Shown piece after piece: positions 43,720 through 54,500 of a stretch of DNA of 64,000 nucleotides. This DNA comes from a virus. Numbering within the stretch: the first letter of the stretch is position 1; every line of letters begins with the position of its first letter. The notes below the pieces were generated by a model, which made no database searches, had not been told where the DNA came from, and worked only from the letters and a program-made list of their open reading frames with translations. The position numbers and the translations under genes were made by a program. The stretch is from IMG/VR virus record IMGVR_UViG_3300003860_000007, positions 1-64,000 of that record, one strand, 5' to 3'.

Positions 43720-44400
43720 TCCTATTCCTGAAATATTTTTTATATTTAATTTTATTTTATTTTCTTTAAATGTCTTTCGTAAATAAGATAAATAAACATC
43801 ACAAGATCTACCAGCAAAATAATCATTTGGTTTTCTCCAAACTTTTTCAAGTATAACTTCTTTTCTTACAACTTGTCCGTAATTTATTGCTAATACTTCA
43901 AGTATACTACCTTCTTTAGGAGAAAGCTCTTTAACTTCTTTTCCGTTATAAGAAAGAATTCTACGAGTTGGATCATAAACACATTTTGCAAATTCAATTT
44001 TATCATGCATTTTAACTGTAAGTTTCTGAAGAACTTCAAATGTTTTTGTGTATGAAAGAATATTATGTACAACTGATTTGACAAATACATTATATGCAGC
44101 ATCTCCTTCAAATTTCATGGGTTCATTCACATAAATATCAGCAGGAACAGTAAAAGTTAATTCATTTACAATAATTCCTATGATAGGAGTATATGGCGTA
44201 CTTTTTTTAATAAAACCTACAGCCTTTTTGAAAAATAGAGTATCGTTTGATAAAATATAAGCTTCTGCACTGCCTTGCTCAATTTGTTCAAATAAAACAT
44301 GTTCCATTTTTGCCCCAATTATTTCGTGGCCAGATTCTTTTGCGAATCTTATAAACATATTTAACAAATCAGTGTTTTCTGTATTCACTACAATTTTCAT
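43699..44400 (-). CDS. OmpR/PhoB-type winged-helix transcriptional regulator (degenerate receiver domain)
   Basis: C-terminal LSPKEGSILEVLAINYGQVVRKEVILEKVW...RSCDVYLSYLRKTF...ISGIGLIL matches the Trans_reg_C pattern. Confidence 0.55.
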   Translation of the reverse strand: MKIVVNTENTDLLNMFIRFAKESGHEIIGAKMEHVLFEQIEQGSAEAYILSNDTLFFKKAVGFIKKSTPYTPIIGIIVNELTFTVPADIYVNEPMKFEGDAAYNVFVKSVVHNILSYTKTFEVLQKLTVKMHDKIEFAKCVYDPTRRILSYNGKEVKELSPKEGSILEVLAINYGQVVRKEVILEKVWRKPNDYFAGRSCDVYLSYLRKTFKENKIKLNIKNISGIGLILEPS

Positions 44401-44420
44401 ATGTATTTTGTTAATTTATA

Positions 44421-44460
44421 ATGCAAATATAAACAAAATCTTTGAATTAAAAAAATATTT
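44421..44460 (-). promoter_or_regulatory. Copy of conserved promoter-like motif
   Basis: atgcaaatataaacaaaatctttgaattaaaaaaatattt. Confidence 0.4.
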
Positions 44461-44496
44461 GTTAAAAATTAATTAAGATTTAATGTTAATGTTTTG

Positions 44497-44697
44497 TTAA
44501 TGTTCTTTTATGTAATGAGAAATTACACTTACAAGTGCATCAGATTCTTCTTGAGTAAATTCTCCATTTTTTACGGCTTCTGTCATTCTTTTTTTCACAT
44601 CTCTAAGATATAAAAAATCGCTTAATTTTTCAAATATGAATATTAATATACATAATCCGGTAATAGACATTGTGATAATAAATAAAATGTTATTCAT
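44497..44697 (-). CDS. Small membrane protein
   Basis: One TM helix. Confidence 0.3.
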   Translation of the reverse strand: MNNILFIITMSITGLCILIFIFEKLSDFLYLRDVKKRMTEAVKNGEFTQEESDALVSVISHYIKEH

Positions 44698-44712
44698 TGT
44701 TATAATATTAAA

Positions 44713-45495
44713 TTAAAATCCTAAGTGTTTTCTACGAACATATTCAAGATCATATGAAGTTGTTGTTAATGGAAATTCTGGATTATTAAAAGGATAATGC
44801 CATGGCCACATAGTCCTCCAATGTACTCCCCATTTTTTAGTAAGATATTCAAAATTTATAATATTTACTTCATTTATTCTATTCCATAAAGCTTCATCAC
44901 ATCTTTTCGTTTGAGCTCCTGTTTTATAATAATCTGTTCCTCCGCCATGATAATATACATGATCAAGCCCCATTACTCTTTTTATTGGATTATGTTTAAG
45001 TCTCATTATATAATCAGCATCTTCTCCATATGCAGGATATAAATTTTCATCAAATAATCCATATTTTTGAACGACCCAATCTTTTATAAGAAAAAGTTCC
45101 CAAGATCCAACTTCAGGAAAATCTCCAGGAGAACTATGAACTATACCTACTTCAGGATCACTTGCTTTTTCCATCATTTCATCTAAAAATCCCGGTGTAA
45201 ATTCAATATCATGATTACAAATTATCCAATAAGGAGCATTCATAAAACATTTTATTATTAAATTCCATGCGCCAGAACATCCTACATTTGCGGGCATATG
45301 CGTAACAATTATATTTTTAATATAAGGATGTGGAATTTTTGCAATATTATCAAGTTCTTCAATTAATTGACCACGACCGTTATTATCAAATATTACTAGT
45401 GTATCAGTAGGATAATCAACACTATCGATTAATTTTTGTATCCAATGTGGTCCATTAACTATGGCAGTTCCTATTACAGGAATAGATGTATTCAT
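44713..45495 (-). CDS. GT-A fold (GT2-like) glycosyltransferase, tandem paralog A
   Basis: VIFDNNGRG..., DxD-like YGEDADY. Confidence 0.45.
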   Translation of the reverse strand: MNTSIPVIGTAIVNGPHWIQKLIDSVDYPTDTLVIFDNNGRGQLIEELDNIAKIPHPYIKNIIVTHMPANVGCSGAWNLIIKCFMNAPYWIICNHDIEFTPGFLDEMMEKASDPEVGIVHSSPGDFPEVGSWELFLIKDWVVQKYGLFDENLYPAYGEDADYIMRLKHNPIKRVMGLDHVYYHGGGTDYYKTGAQTKRCDEALWNRINEVNIINFEYLTKKWGVHWRTMWPWHYPFNNPEFPLTTTSYDLEYVRRKHLGF

Positions 45496-45506
45496 AAATT
45501 AATTTA

Positions 45507-46280
45507 TTAAAAACCTAAATATTTTTGTCTCATAAAATAAATGTCAAATGAATATGTAGTTAATTGCATTCTTGGATCATTGAAAGGTGTTTGATATGGA
45601 TTAGTTTCCCAGTCATATCCCCATTTTCTATCAATGTAATTAAGATTTAGACTATTTACATATTTTAATTTTTCTGATAAAGAAGGATCACTTTTTTTAG
45701 TATTTTCGCCTGTTTTATAATAATCAGTGCTTAATCCGTGATAATAAGGCTTACTTAATTTATATATAGCTTTTAATGGATATATTTTTAATCTTATAGC
45801 ATAATCTAAATCTTCACAATAAGCAGGATACAAATTTTCATCAAATAAGCCTCTATATTGAATACTCCAATCTCTGATTAAAAATAAGTCATAACTTCCA
45901 TCTCCAGTATCACCCGGTTTTCCAAAAATTATACCTACATCTAAATGTTTATTTGCGGTTTCTACCATTTCTTCTAAAAGTCCTGATGAAAATGATATAT
46001 CATGATTACAAAAAATCCAGTAAGGAGCATTCATATAACATTTTATAGTTAAATTCCATGATGCTGCTAAACCTATATTAGCAGGCATATGTGTTACTGT
46101 AATTTTTTTAATAAACTTATGAGTCATTTTTTTCATATTATCTAACTCTTCGTCTATTTCTCCTCTGCCATTGTTATTAATAATGACAAGATTATCTACT
46201 GGATAATCTATGCTTGCAATTAAACGATATAACCAATATGGATCATTAACTATTGCAGTGCTTATTACTGGTATTGACAT
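45507..46280 (-). CDS. GT-A fold (GT2-like) glycosyltransferase, tandem paralog B
   Basis: Co-linear with 44713..45495 (HMPANIGLAASWNL, YCEDLDY, YYHG, YYKTG). Confidence 0.45.
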   Translation of the reverse strand: MSIPVISTAIVNDPYWLYRLIASIDYPVDNLVIINNNGRGEIDEELDNMKKMTHKFIKKITVTHMPANIGLAASWNLTIKCYMNAPYWIFCNHDISFSSGLLEEMVETANKHLDVGIIFGKPGDTGDGSYDLFLIRDWSIQYRGLFDENLYPAYCEDLDYAIRLKIYPLKAIYKLSKPYYHGLSTDYYKTGENTKKSDPSLSEKLKYVNSLNLNYIDRKWGYDWETNPYQTPFNDPRMQLTTYSFDIYFMRQKYLGF

Positions 46281-46382
46281 AATTAAAAAAATTAGTGAAT
46301 TATAATATATATAATCACTAAAAAATAGAAGTTTCCGGCGGGGTAGGTCTATATCATGTATGCCGGAAACTTCTGAAAAATA

Positions 46383-46583
46383 TTATATTACTTTGAAAAG
46401 AAAAAGAGAAAAAGATAATAAACAAATTCCTAATAAAGTTAGATAACCTATTCGTATAGGTCTTTTGAAATCTGCCCACTCTTTTGATAACTTTTTCATT
46501 ACAATATAATAGCTTATGCCTACTATTGTTAAGAGTACTACTAAATTTAGTAATTGAGGCAAAATGCTTCTTAAAAAGTCCAT
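46383..46583 (-). CDS. Small membrane protein
   Basis: Two TM helices. Confidence 0.3.
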   Translation of the reverse strand: MDFLRSILPQLLNLVVLLTIVGISYYIVMKKLSKEWADFKRPIRIGYLTLLGICLLSFSLFLFKVI

Positions 46584-46600
46584 AATTTTAATTATTAAAG

Positions 46601-46801
46601 TTAGCGAATTTTACGAATAAGAATGTGTTTAGAAAGAACCATATATACGTTACAAGATTCAGTGATGTTGTAAACATGAAGTTCATTTTTAACTTTATCA
46701 ATTCCTTTAATTTGTACAAGGTCATTAGCGTGAGTAATATAAACTCCGTCTTTTTTCAATTCGTCTACTGGAAGAGATGGGTCTTTAAGTATTGGTTTCA
46801 T
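46601..46801 (-). CDS. Hypothetical small protein
   Basis: ORF track only. Confidence 0.3.
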   Translation of the reverse strand: MKPILKDPSLPVDELKKDGVYITHANDLVQIKGIDKVKNELHVYNITESCNVYMVLSKHILIRKIR

Positions 46802-46963
46802 ATTGTAAATATTAAATTAAAACTTCAAATTATTTGCTCCAATATATAGATTCGAACTATAAGCCTTTTCAGGTTCCTGGCCTCTATTTGGGCTCTCATC
46901 CAAATGAGTAAAGGAGTATATTTTTAATTTTAAAGAACTGTTGTATTAATTATAGTGTAAATA

Positions 46964-47005
46964 TAATACAAATATTTGATACAAAAAAATATTTTTCCAT
47001 TTATT
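46964..47005 (-). promoter_or_regulatory. Copy of conserved promoter-like motif
   Basis: gtgtaaatataatacaaatatttgatacaaaaaaatattttt. Confidence 0.4.
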
Positions 47006-47020
47006 TTAACAAAATCTTAA

Positions 47021-47242
47021 TTATTTTTCTACAGCCATTAAAAGTTCAAGATCTTTAAAAACTGCTTCTACTATTTTTATTTTATCTTTATAAGCTGAAA
47101 TATGAGCATCCATTACAGTTGTTAAATAATCTGCGCCTGTTTGTTTTTTAAGTTTTTCTATTTCAGCAATAGCATTTTCATATACAGTTATTAAACTTGT
47201 ATATTTCTCAATGATTCTTTCGTACTCTTCTTTTTGTGTCAT
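47021..47242 (-). CDS. Hypothetical coiled-coil protein
   Basis: ORF track only. Confidence 0.3.
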   Translation of the reverse strand: MTQKEEYERIIEKYTSLITVYENAIAEIEKLKKQTGADYLTTVMDAHISAYKDKIKIVEAVFKDLELLMAVEK

Positions 47243-47249
47243 GATATTT

Positions 47250-48011
47250 TTATTTTAATCGATTAAAAAATAATTCTGGTTTAAGTATTTCTTCTACAGT
47301 TGGAGGTTTATTATGAGCTAATATTTGTATTCCTTTTTTGAGCCCATATTTATCTAAAAAATCTCGTAAAAAATAATAAGAATAAACATATTTATTATTC
47401 ACTTCATTATTTTTATCTAATAAATCTTCTATAGTTTGAGGAATTTGAATTTTATCTAATGGTGAACATTCCTTTAAATGATACACAACATATTCGCACG
47501 TACCTTCTTCTATAAAATCTGCACTAAATTGAGAATTATAGGTTGAAACTGTTCTTAATATTTGATATTCTGGAGAAACTGATAAACTATCATTTTTCAT
47601 CAGTATTGTTAGCTGATGAAAATATACGTGTGTTAATTCATGAAATACAACTGCTTTAACACTTCTTTCTCTATATGAAGTTAGCATTTTTCGAAATTTA
47701 GATAAATCTTTATATTCATAACAAAGATATTTTTCTCTATTGGTTATAGCTATATCATTAGGAGGATAAAATTCGCCTAAATTATCTTCAGGAGAATCAC
47801 CCAAGTCATCGGTATAAAGATTAACATCATATAATGTATCTATTTTATATTCATATTCTTTAATAAGACTTTCATTATTATCTTCAATATATTTTGTTAT
47901 TCCATATCTTGAAGGTGCATGAAGATTATTATACATAATATCCTTTTGAAAAGGAGATATCATAATAAGCCATAAAATAAAAATACCTACAAGATTATTG
48001 ATACTATTCAT
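47250..48011 (-). CDS. Secreted HExxH zinc-metallopeptidase-like protein
   Basis: Signal peptide; VVFHELTHVYFHQ contains HExxH. Confidence 0.4.
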   Translation of the reverse strand: MNSINNLVGIFILWLIMISPFQKDIMYNNLHAPSRYGITKYIEDNNESLIKEYEYKIDTLYDVNLYTDDLGDSPEDNLGEFYPPNDIAITNREKYLCYEYKDLSKFRKMLTSYRERSVKAVVFHELTHVYFHQLTILMKNDSLSVSPEYQILRTVSTYNSQFSADFIEEGTCEYVVYHLKECSPLDKIQIPQTIEDLLDKNNEVNNKYVYSYYFLRDFLDKYGLKKGIQILAHNKPPTVEEILKPELFFNRLK

Positions 48012-48022
48012 ATATATTTTTT

Positions 48023-48063
48023 ACAAATATAAACCAAATTCTTGAATAAAAAAAATATTTTTA
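48023..48063 (-). promoter_or_regulatory. Copy of conserved promoter-like motif
   Basis: tacaaatataaaccaaattcttgaataaaaaaaatattttt. Confidence 0.4.
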
Positions 48064-48328
48064 TATTTATTTTAGTAACTATACCATTTTAATATACGTG
48101 TCGCGCGAGGGTTTTTATGATTCAGTCTAGAGTATCTGCATTCCTAGAGGGCTTTAGTCTTCAGTTATATGCAGTCAGTGAAAATAGTTTCGCACCAAAA
48201 TTAATGTTCTGTTAAAAATAATTTAAAAATAAATGCATAAATATTTTTTTATTACATTAATATTGTTTATATTTGTTCTCAACATAAATATATAAAGTAA
48301 TGAATGCAATACTAAACAAATAAACAAG

Positions 48329-48850
48329 ATGGAAGTAATTAACAAATTAATATTCAAAAAGGCTTCAGGGGAAGTCGTTGATAATGTAGAAAAATATGTT
48401 AAGGATTGGACTAAAGAAAATCCTTATGGAAAAATTATTGTTGGATGTGATAGTCAAGTACATGGACGCAGAATCAAATATTCAATAATTATTTGTATGC
48501 ATTTTATTGACAGAATGCAGGTTGGTCACGGATGTCACTTATTAATATGTGATATTTGGGAAAAACGAATGAATAAATCTCAAGTTGATGAAATGCCATC
48601 TAAACTTTGGAAAGAAGCTGAATTTGCATTACAGACTGCAGAATTGGTAAATGGAACAGATGAATACTTCAAAAATCATATAGAAGTTCATTTGGATTTT
48701 AATTCAATTGCTGAATCTAATTCACATCAAAATCTATCCAATAGAATGTATGCATCTGGTATAGGATTGCTAAGTGGATATGGATATAAGGTTTTTGGAA
48801 AGCCTTTCGCAAAAATTTCCTCAAACTGTGCAGACCATTTCTGCAGATAA
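48329..48850 (+). CDS. Hypothetical protein
   Basis: ORF track only. Confidence 0.35.
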   Translation: MEVINKLIFKKASGEVVDNVEKYVKDWTKENPYGKIIVGCDSQVHGRRIKYSIIICMHFIDRMQVGHGCHLLICDIWEKRMNKSQVDEMPSKLWKEAEFALQTAELVNGTDEYFKNHIEVHLDFNSIAESNSHQNLSNRMYASGIGLLSGYGYKVFGKPFAKISSNCADHFCR

Positions 48851-48854
48851 TTCA

Positions 48855-48882
48855 AAAGCCCGTATTTCTCGGGCCTTTTTTA
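48855..48882 (+). terminator. Rho-independent terminator (AAAAGCCCG-TATTTCT-CGGGCCTTTTTT)
   Basis: Perfect hairpin plus T6 directly after + gene 48329..48850. Confidence 0.65.
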
Positions 48883-48917
48883 ATTTTAATATAGATGAAT
48901 AAATATAATAAAAGGCC

Positions 48918-49256
48918 ATGAAAAAACTTCTTATTATTTTATTATTATCTTTAAGTTTAATATCTTGCAGTAAATATTATACAATGGTTATCTATGATAG
49001 AACGTATCCTGCGGCAGATTCTGAAATAGCATATGCAGATTTATATCAACATTTGAAATCATATAATATGGAATCTATTCCACTTGATAAATGGATTTAT
49101 AATGACATGCAACATGATACTATTCATATTACTCAAAAAATGGCAGCAAAAGAAATAGGTAAAAAAGATAATGTATTATTTGTATTTACAGAATTTAAGT
49201 ATCCAAAATCTTCATATTATAAATTTGTTATAAGATATACAGGAAAAAAGTACTAA
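48918..49256 (+). CDS. Putative lipoprotein
   Basis: LSLSLISCS lipobox-like sequence after the signal peptide. Confidence 0.4.
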   Translation: MKKLLIILLLSLSLISCSKYYTMVIYDRTYPAADSEIAYADLYQHLKSYNMESIPLDKWIYNDMQHDTIHITQKMAAKEIGKKDNVLFVFTEFKYPKSSYYKFVIRYTGKKY

Positions 49257-49296
49257 ATTATTTTTTTATATCAAGTATTTTGTTTATATTTGTATA

Positions 49297-49761
49297 ATGA
49301 AAATCTTAATCACAGGAAGAAGAAATTTTAATAAAATGATGGAATACAATGGTATCACTGATGCTAATGTAGAACAACATGATGATACTATGTTTATTTC
49401 AATCGTAAGTCCCGTAGAACCAGATTTATCTAAAAAAGATAATTCAGATTCCTATTTCAAAGAATGCCATTCAAATGTAAAAGTAATGTCTTTTGGAGAT
49501 TATATGGATAGTGAAGCTAAAAGCAATCCTAATGTATTCACAAAAGAACAGGCTAAGGAACTTTATGAGTTTATTATTAAAAATAAAGATAAGAAAATGG
49601 CCATTTTGCACTGTGGCGCTGGAATTTCAAGAAGTGGAGCAATCGGCACTTTCTTATTTGAAAATTTTGGTGATGGCAATTACGAAGAATTCAAAAGAAA
49701 AAATCCTCAAATTTGTCCTAATCCAAGAGTTCTTAGATTACTTAATGAATGTAAGAAATGA
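49297..49761 (+). CDS. Dual-specificity / tyrosine protein phosphatase
   Basis: HCGAGISRSG is the CX5R PTP loop. Confidence 0.7.
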   Translation: MKILITGRRNFNKMMEYNGITDANVEQHDDTMFISIVSPVEPDLSKKDNSDSYFKECHSNVKVMSFGDYMDSEAKSNPNVFTKEQAKELYEFIIKNKDKKMAILHCGAGISRSGAIGTFLFENFGDGNYEEFKRKNPQICPNPRVLRLLNECKK

Positions 49762-50513
49762 TATTAACAGAAGATCAATTACTGATGTTAAATAAATGTG
49801 TAGCTCAGGGGCCTATAGATAAGGCCTCTGTAGTTATATTTGGCAATGAGTTTGGAACTGCTGGTGGAGAAGGTGATACTGAAAGATGTGTTAATAGATT
49901 TATGCATGAATTTGCCACAAGAAAATTATTACAAATAGGTGAAGGATTTTCAACAATAGAAATAGACTCGCCACCTGTAAACTCAACTTTTCTTCAGTTC
50001 ATTTCAAGATTTATGTTAGCACGTAAATATAAAGATGAAAGATTTTTCGGTGAGTTGTCAGAAGAAGGAAAAGTAGTTCTTAATAAGTATATAATGTATG
50101 ACCTTTATAGAAAAGATAGTGCTATAATAAATCTCAGACCACTACCGCGTCACACAGAAAGGCATTGGGACTACTCTAATATAGATGAAAAGGAATATAA
50201 TAGGCAATACAATTTTAGCCTTAAGAAGCCTTTGAATGACAAGTATAAAGAGATAAGATTGACAGCTATGAAAGAAGCTTTTCAATTAGCCAAGAATGCT
50301 TTGATATTAGGATCAGGCGATAAAGATAATAAAAAGAAATTTTTTGAAACGATATATCCTGATATTAAATTTGAAGAATACATATTACTTGGAAATGTAA
50401 AGATATACGTATCAGAATTTCCTAAAATAATTCTTTCAAATTACTATGATCATAGAAGTGGTGTAGGATTAAATGGATTGAAAGAAATCTATAGATTTGT
50501 TAATACCCTTTAG
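49758..50513 (+). CDS. Hypothetical protein
   Basis: ORF track only. Confidence 0.35.
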   Translation: MILTEDQLLMLNKCVAQGPIDKASVVIFGNEFGTAGGEGDTERCVNRFMHEFATRKLLQIGEGFSTIEIDSPPVNSTFLQFISRFMLARKYKDERFFGELSEEGKVVLNKYIMYDLYRKDSAIINLRPLPRHTERHWDYSNIDEKEYNRQYNFSLKKPLNDKYKEIRLTAMKEAFQLAKNALILGSGDKDNKKKFFETIYPDIKFEEYILLGNVKIYVSEFPKIILSNYYDHRSGVGLNGLKEIYRFVNTL

Positions 50514-51021
50514 GTCTAGTATGAATATCACTTATACAATCGCAAACATCTAAAATATCGTCTCTTGTAAATTCACCAGGATTTTGTGCGCAATAAATTA
50601 CTCCACTAAGACTGACATGACCTGGCATCTTTTTTCTTGGAGGATGTACTATTTCTGGAAAATATTTTAATGATGATATTTTATTGTCTTGAAAAGAAAA
50701 ATATCCATATATTTCTCTTGGACATCCTTTTAATGATGTCATATCATTACCCATTATATTAAATTCACCATCTATCACTCCAAATTTTATATAATAGGGG
50801 AAATTTCCTAAATGCTGATTACGTAAATCTACACTACCATATACATCTATAGTTCCATCTATATTGAATGTATATTGATTTTCTGTGAAACCGTGTCTTT
50901 CAAAAAATGCAGTATTTTTACCTATGTATTTATCTAACCATCTTTTTTGAATAGTTTTTAATCCAATTCCTAAATCATGAATTGGATCGCTTTCTTCTGA
51001 AAACCTTTCAGTAATATATTC
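50500..51021 (-). CDS. Member of conserved-N-terminal-module family; probable TTG start (ORF track gives 50500..51069)
   Basis: TTG AAA TTA GTA CGA GAA TAT gives (M)KLVREYITERFSEESDPIHDLGIG directly after the stop of 51033..51470. The ATG-initiated extension overlaps the upstream gene. Confidence 0.5.
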   Translation of the reverse strand, partial: EYITERFSEESDPIHDLGIGLKTIQKRWLDKYIGKNTAFFERHGFTENQYTFNIDGTIDVYGSVDLRNQHLGNFPYYIKFGVIDGEFNIMGNDMTSLKGCPREIYGYFSFQDNKISSLKYFPEIVHPPRKKMPGHVSLSGVIYCAQNPGEFTRDDILDVCDCISDIHTRPKGY

Positions 51022-51032
51022 TCGTACTAATT

Positions 51033-51470
51033 TCAAGTTTTTTCTATAATTTTGAAGTATTCTGCCCAAGTAGAATACTTTTCGTCGCTATATAATATCG
51101 CTAATCCTAAATAATTTTTTTCTAAATTATAGCCTTTTTTTATTTCTTTTTTACAATAATTAAAAAACTCATTATCTCCAAAAAATGCTATATATAATTC
51201 TAGTGATTTAGAATGTTTTTTACTTTTAACAACTACTCCTTTTATATCTTCTTTTGCCCACGGAAGGAAATTTTTTCCAAGAGTATCAGATGGTGAAAAA
51301 TACATTTTTTTAAGATTTGAGGGTGTATCTGCATTATAAAAATCTTTTTTAACTTTTATTGTATCTCCCCTTTTAATATTGCCGAATCCCATCGTTCCTA
51401 TACCCATATCAGCAATAGGGTCGCTTTCTTCTGTAAATTTCTCGTTAATATTTTCTCGTACTATGCGCAT
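51033..51470 (-). CDS. Member of conserved-N-terminal-module family
   Basis: MRIVRENINEKFTEESDPIADMGIG. Confidence 0.6.
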   Translation of the reverse strand: MRIVRENINEKFTEESDPIADMGIGTMGFGNIKRGDTIKVKKDFYNADTPSNLKKMYFSPSDTLGKNFLPWAKEDIKGVVVKSKKHSKSLELYIAFFGDNEFFNYCKKEIKKGYNLEKNYLGLAILYSDEKYSTWAEYFKIIEKT

Positions 51471-51532
51471 CTTCTTTTTTATTTTATTTATTCCAGATTA
51501 GAATGAATAAATAAATAAAATAAATCGCGAAT

Positions 51533-54500
51533 ATGCAATTTTCAAATTTCTCTAGATTAGATGAAGGATTAGCAATCACATTATATAACACGGTTCCTAT
51601 TGAAAATGTAGGAACTCTTAAGTATTTTACAGATAATTCGCAAGGTACTTTTACAAAAAAAGAATTTTGTTGGTCATTTAATAATGAGTATTGGTCTGCA
51701 TGGGAAACACTTACTCAAAATGGTATATCTTCAATAAACACATATGGCAATTATTATTTATTTGTAAAAATTAGATATACATTAAGTTCTGCTGGTTCGG
51801 GAACAGTTAGCACATTTAATCTTAATTATCTTAATGGAAGTGCAACTTCTACATCTCCTGCATATTTTCACGGTGATATTGAATCACGAGATACATCTGC
51901 AGTTATTATTCATGATATTATACAATCGTTTGATGTAATTCCAATTGTTGATGCATGCACATTAAGTGGATATGTAGGTAATTATTATTTAGATAGATCA
52001 CACCATAAAGGTCAACAGCCTATTACTTCTATTACGGGATTACAAAGCGCTTTGAATACTATAACAACTACTCAGGGAATACAAGGTATTCAGGGAATAA
52101 TAGGAACTCAAGGAATTGAAGGGTTACAGGGAATTCAGGGTATTCAAGGAATAGGAACACCTGGAACTCAAGGTTCTCAAGGAACTCAGGGAACACAAGG
52201 AACTCAGGGAGCACAAGGCGCTCAAGGAACTCAGGGAACACAAGGAACTCAGGGAAGACAAGGTATTCAGGGTTCTCAGGGGACCCAAGGAACTCAAGGA
52301 ACACAGGGTACTCAAGGAACTCAAGGTGCTCAAGGAATACAGGGAACACAAGGAACACAAGGTACTCAGGGAATTCAAGGAACACAAGGAACACAAGGGA
52401 CTCAGGGAACACAAGGCACTCAAGGAATTCAAGGAATTCAAGGAATTCAAGGAATGTACGGAATTCAAGGAATACAAGGAATATCTTTTAGCGATGCATC
52501 TTTATCACTTTATGTTCCTTATACTGGAGCAACTCAAGATTTATCATTAAATAATCATTCTATAAAATCAATCGATGCAATTATATTTAATCAAAATATA
52601 ACTATGCCTCGTCAAAATGGACAATTATTTTATGATACATCAAATTATACTCTTGGACTTCATACAGCTGATGATGTAACACTTCAACTTGGTCAAGAAC
52701 AAGTAATGGTAGTACATAATGATACAGGAAACACTATTTATAATGGTGAAGTAGTTTATATTACAGGCACATATAATGTTGATATTCCTAATGTTGATTT
52801 AGCTAAAGCTGATATATTCAGTACCGCTGCTGCTATTGGTGTTGCAACACAAAATATTAATCCAGGAGCAATAGGATTAATAACAACTAATGGCATTGTA
52901 CATGATGTAAGTACTGGAGGATATACACCAGGACAATTTTTATATTTATCAGATATAAGTGCTGGAGGTCTTACGCCAACAGCCGTTATATCACCGAGTA
53001 TATGGGTAAGAGTTGCTAAAGTTATACAAGCAAGTGATACTGCTGGTTCTATATTAGTTTATGTACAAATAGGAAGATCAATTACAACATTATATGATGT
53101 TGGAATAATTAATCCTCAATTAGATGAAACTCTAAAATGGAATGGAAGCAGATGGATAAATTCTACAGGATCTACTGTATCTGCAGGTGCAGGTGTAATT
53201 TATTTTTTATCTGATGAAATTTCTGATATATCTACATATGAATCTGCATCTCACGTTCCTTCTGCTAATCCTGAAGTAATAGAATATAAAGTAATTAATT
53301 CTAGTACGCATTTAGTAATTGATAATTATGCATCAGAACCTAGTAGTGGTTTAGGAATATCTTTAATAGATGGAGGAATATGGGAATTTAATACATTTGC
53401 ATCTGTTGCAGATTCATTATCAGCAACATCAGAAATAAAAACATTTGTATATAAAAGAGATTATTTAGGCGTTGAAACTTCTTTATTTAGTGTAACAACT
53501 GGAGATATAAATTCAGAAACTGTAATGCTTTATACGACTACAAGTGTACAGCCATCATTTGTAGTTAACTCAAGTGATAGACTTATATTTAGATATGAAG
53601 CATGGACTGATTCTTCTATTGATGTTTCAATTAATCTTTATCATTGTGGAAATACTAATTATACTCATATACATACACCACTTGCAACACGTCATAATGA
53701 TTTGGCAGGATTACAGGGGGGATTACCTGATCAATTTTTTCATGTTAATAGAGCACAACTTACTGTAATAGAAAATACCTCTGGAGTTAATACAGGAAAT
53801 CAAGATCTTAGCCCTTATGCTGTTACAGTAAATGTTAATTCATCAATAAACGATGTTAGATCAACTTATATACCAGATTCATCTTTGGGCAATGAATCAT
53901 TTTATTATGATGTATCTAATTATTTACAATCAAGTGCGGGTTCAGGCGTAGGTATTGTTGGAAAATGGAAATACGAAAATATAATATCTGATGCTGATCC
54001 CGGAACAGGATATTTTAGATTAAATAATGCAGATCCTTCATTAGCAACATATGCATATATAAATAATTTTAATTTAGGTGGTGCAGATGTAAAAAATATA
54101 TTATTAAAACTTAAAGTTGGTGACAATTTTTATGTTCAAAAATTACCAGATTCTGCTGAATATGCTACATATGTATTAACTGCTGATGCTTCAAGTGCAA
54201 CAAGTTATATAAAATTAGCTGTTAATTCTATTAATTCATCAGGCTCATCTTTTAGTGATAAAAAGGAATTTGGTTTTATATTTTTATTTACAAGTTCGAC
54301 AGTAGGAGCTCAAGGGATTCAAGGTGTACAAGGAACTCAAGGAACACAGGGTACTCAAGGGACTCAAGGAACTCAAGGTGTTCAAGGGACTCAGGGAACT
54401 CAGGGAATTCAAGGTACAGATGGAATTCAAGGTATTCAAGGTACTCAAGGAACACAAGGAACACAGGGAACTCAAGGAATTCAAGGTATAGATGGAATTC

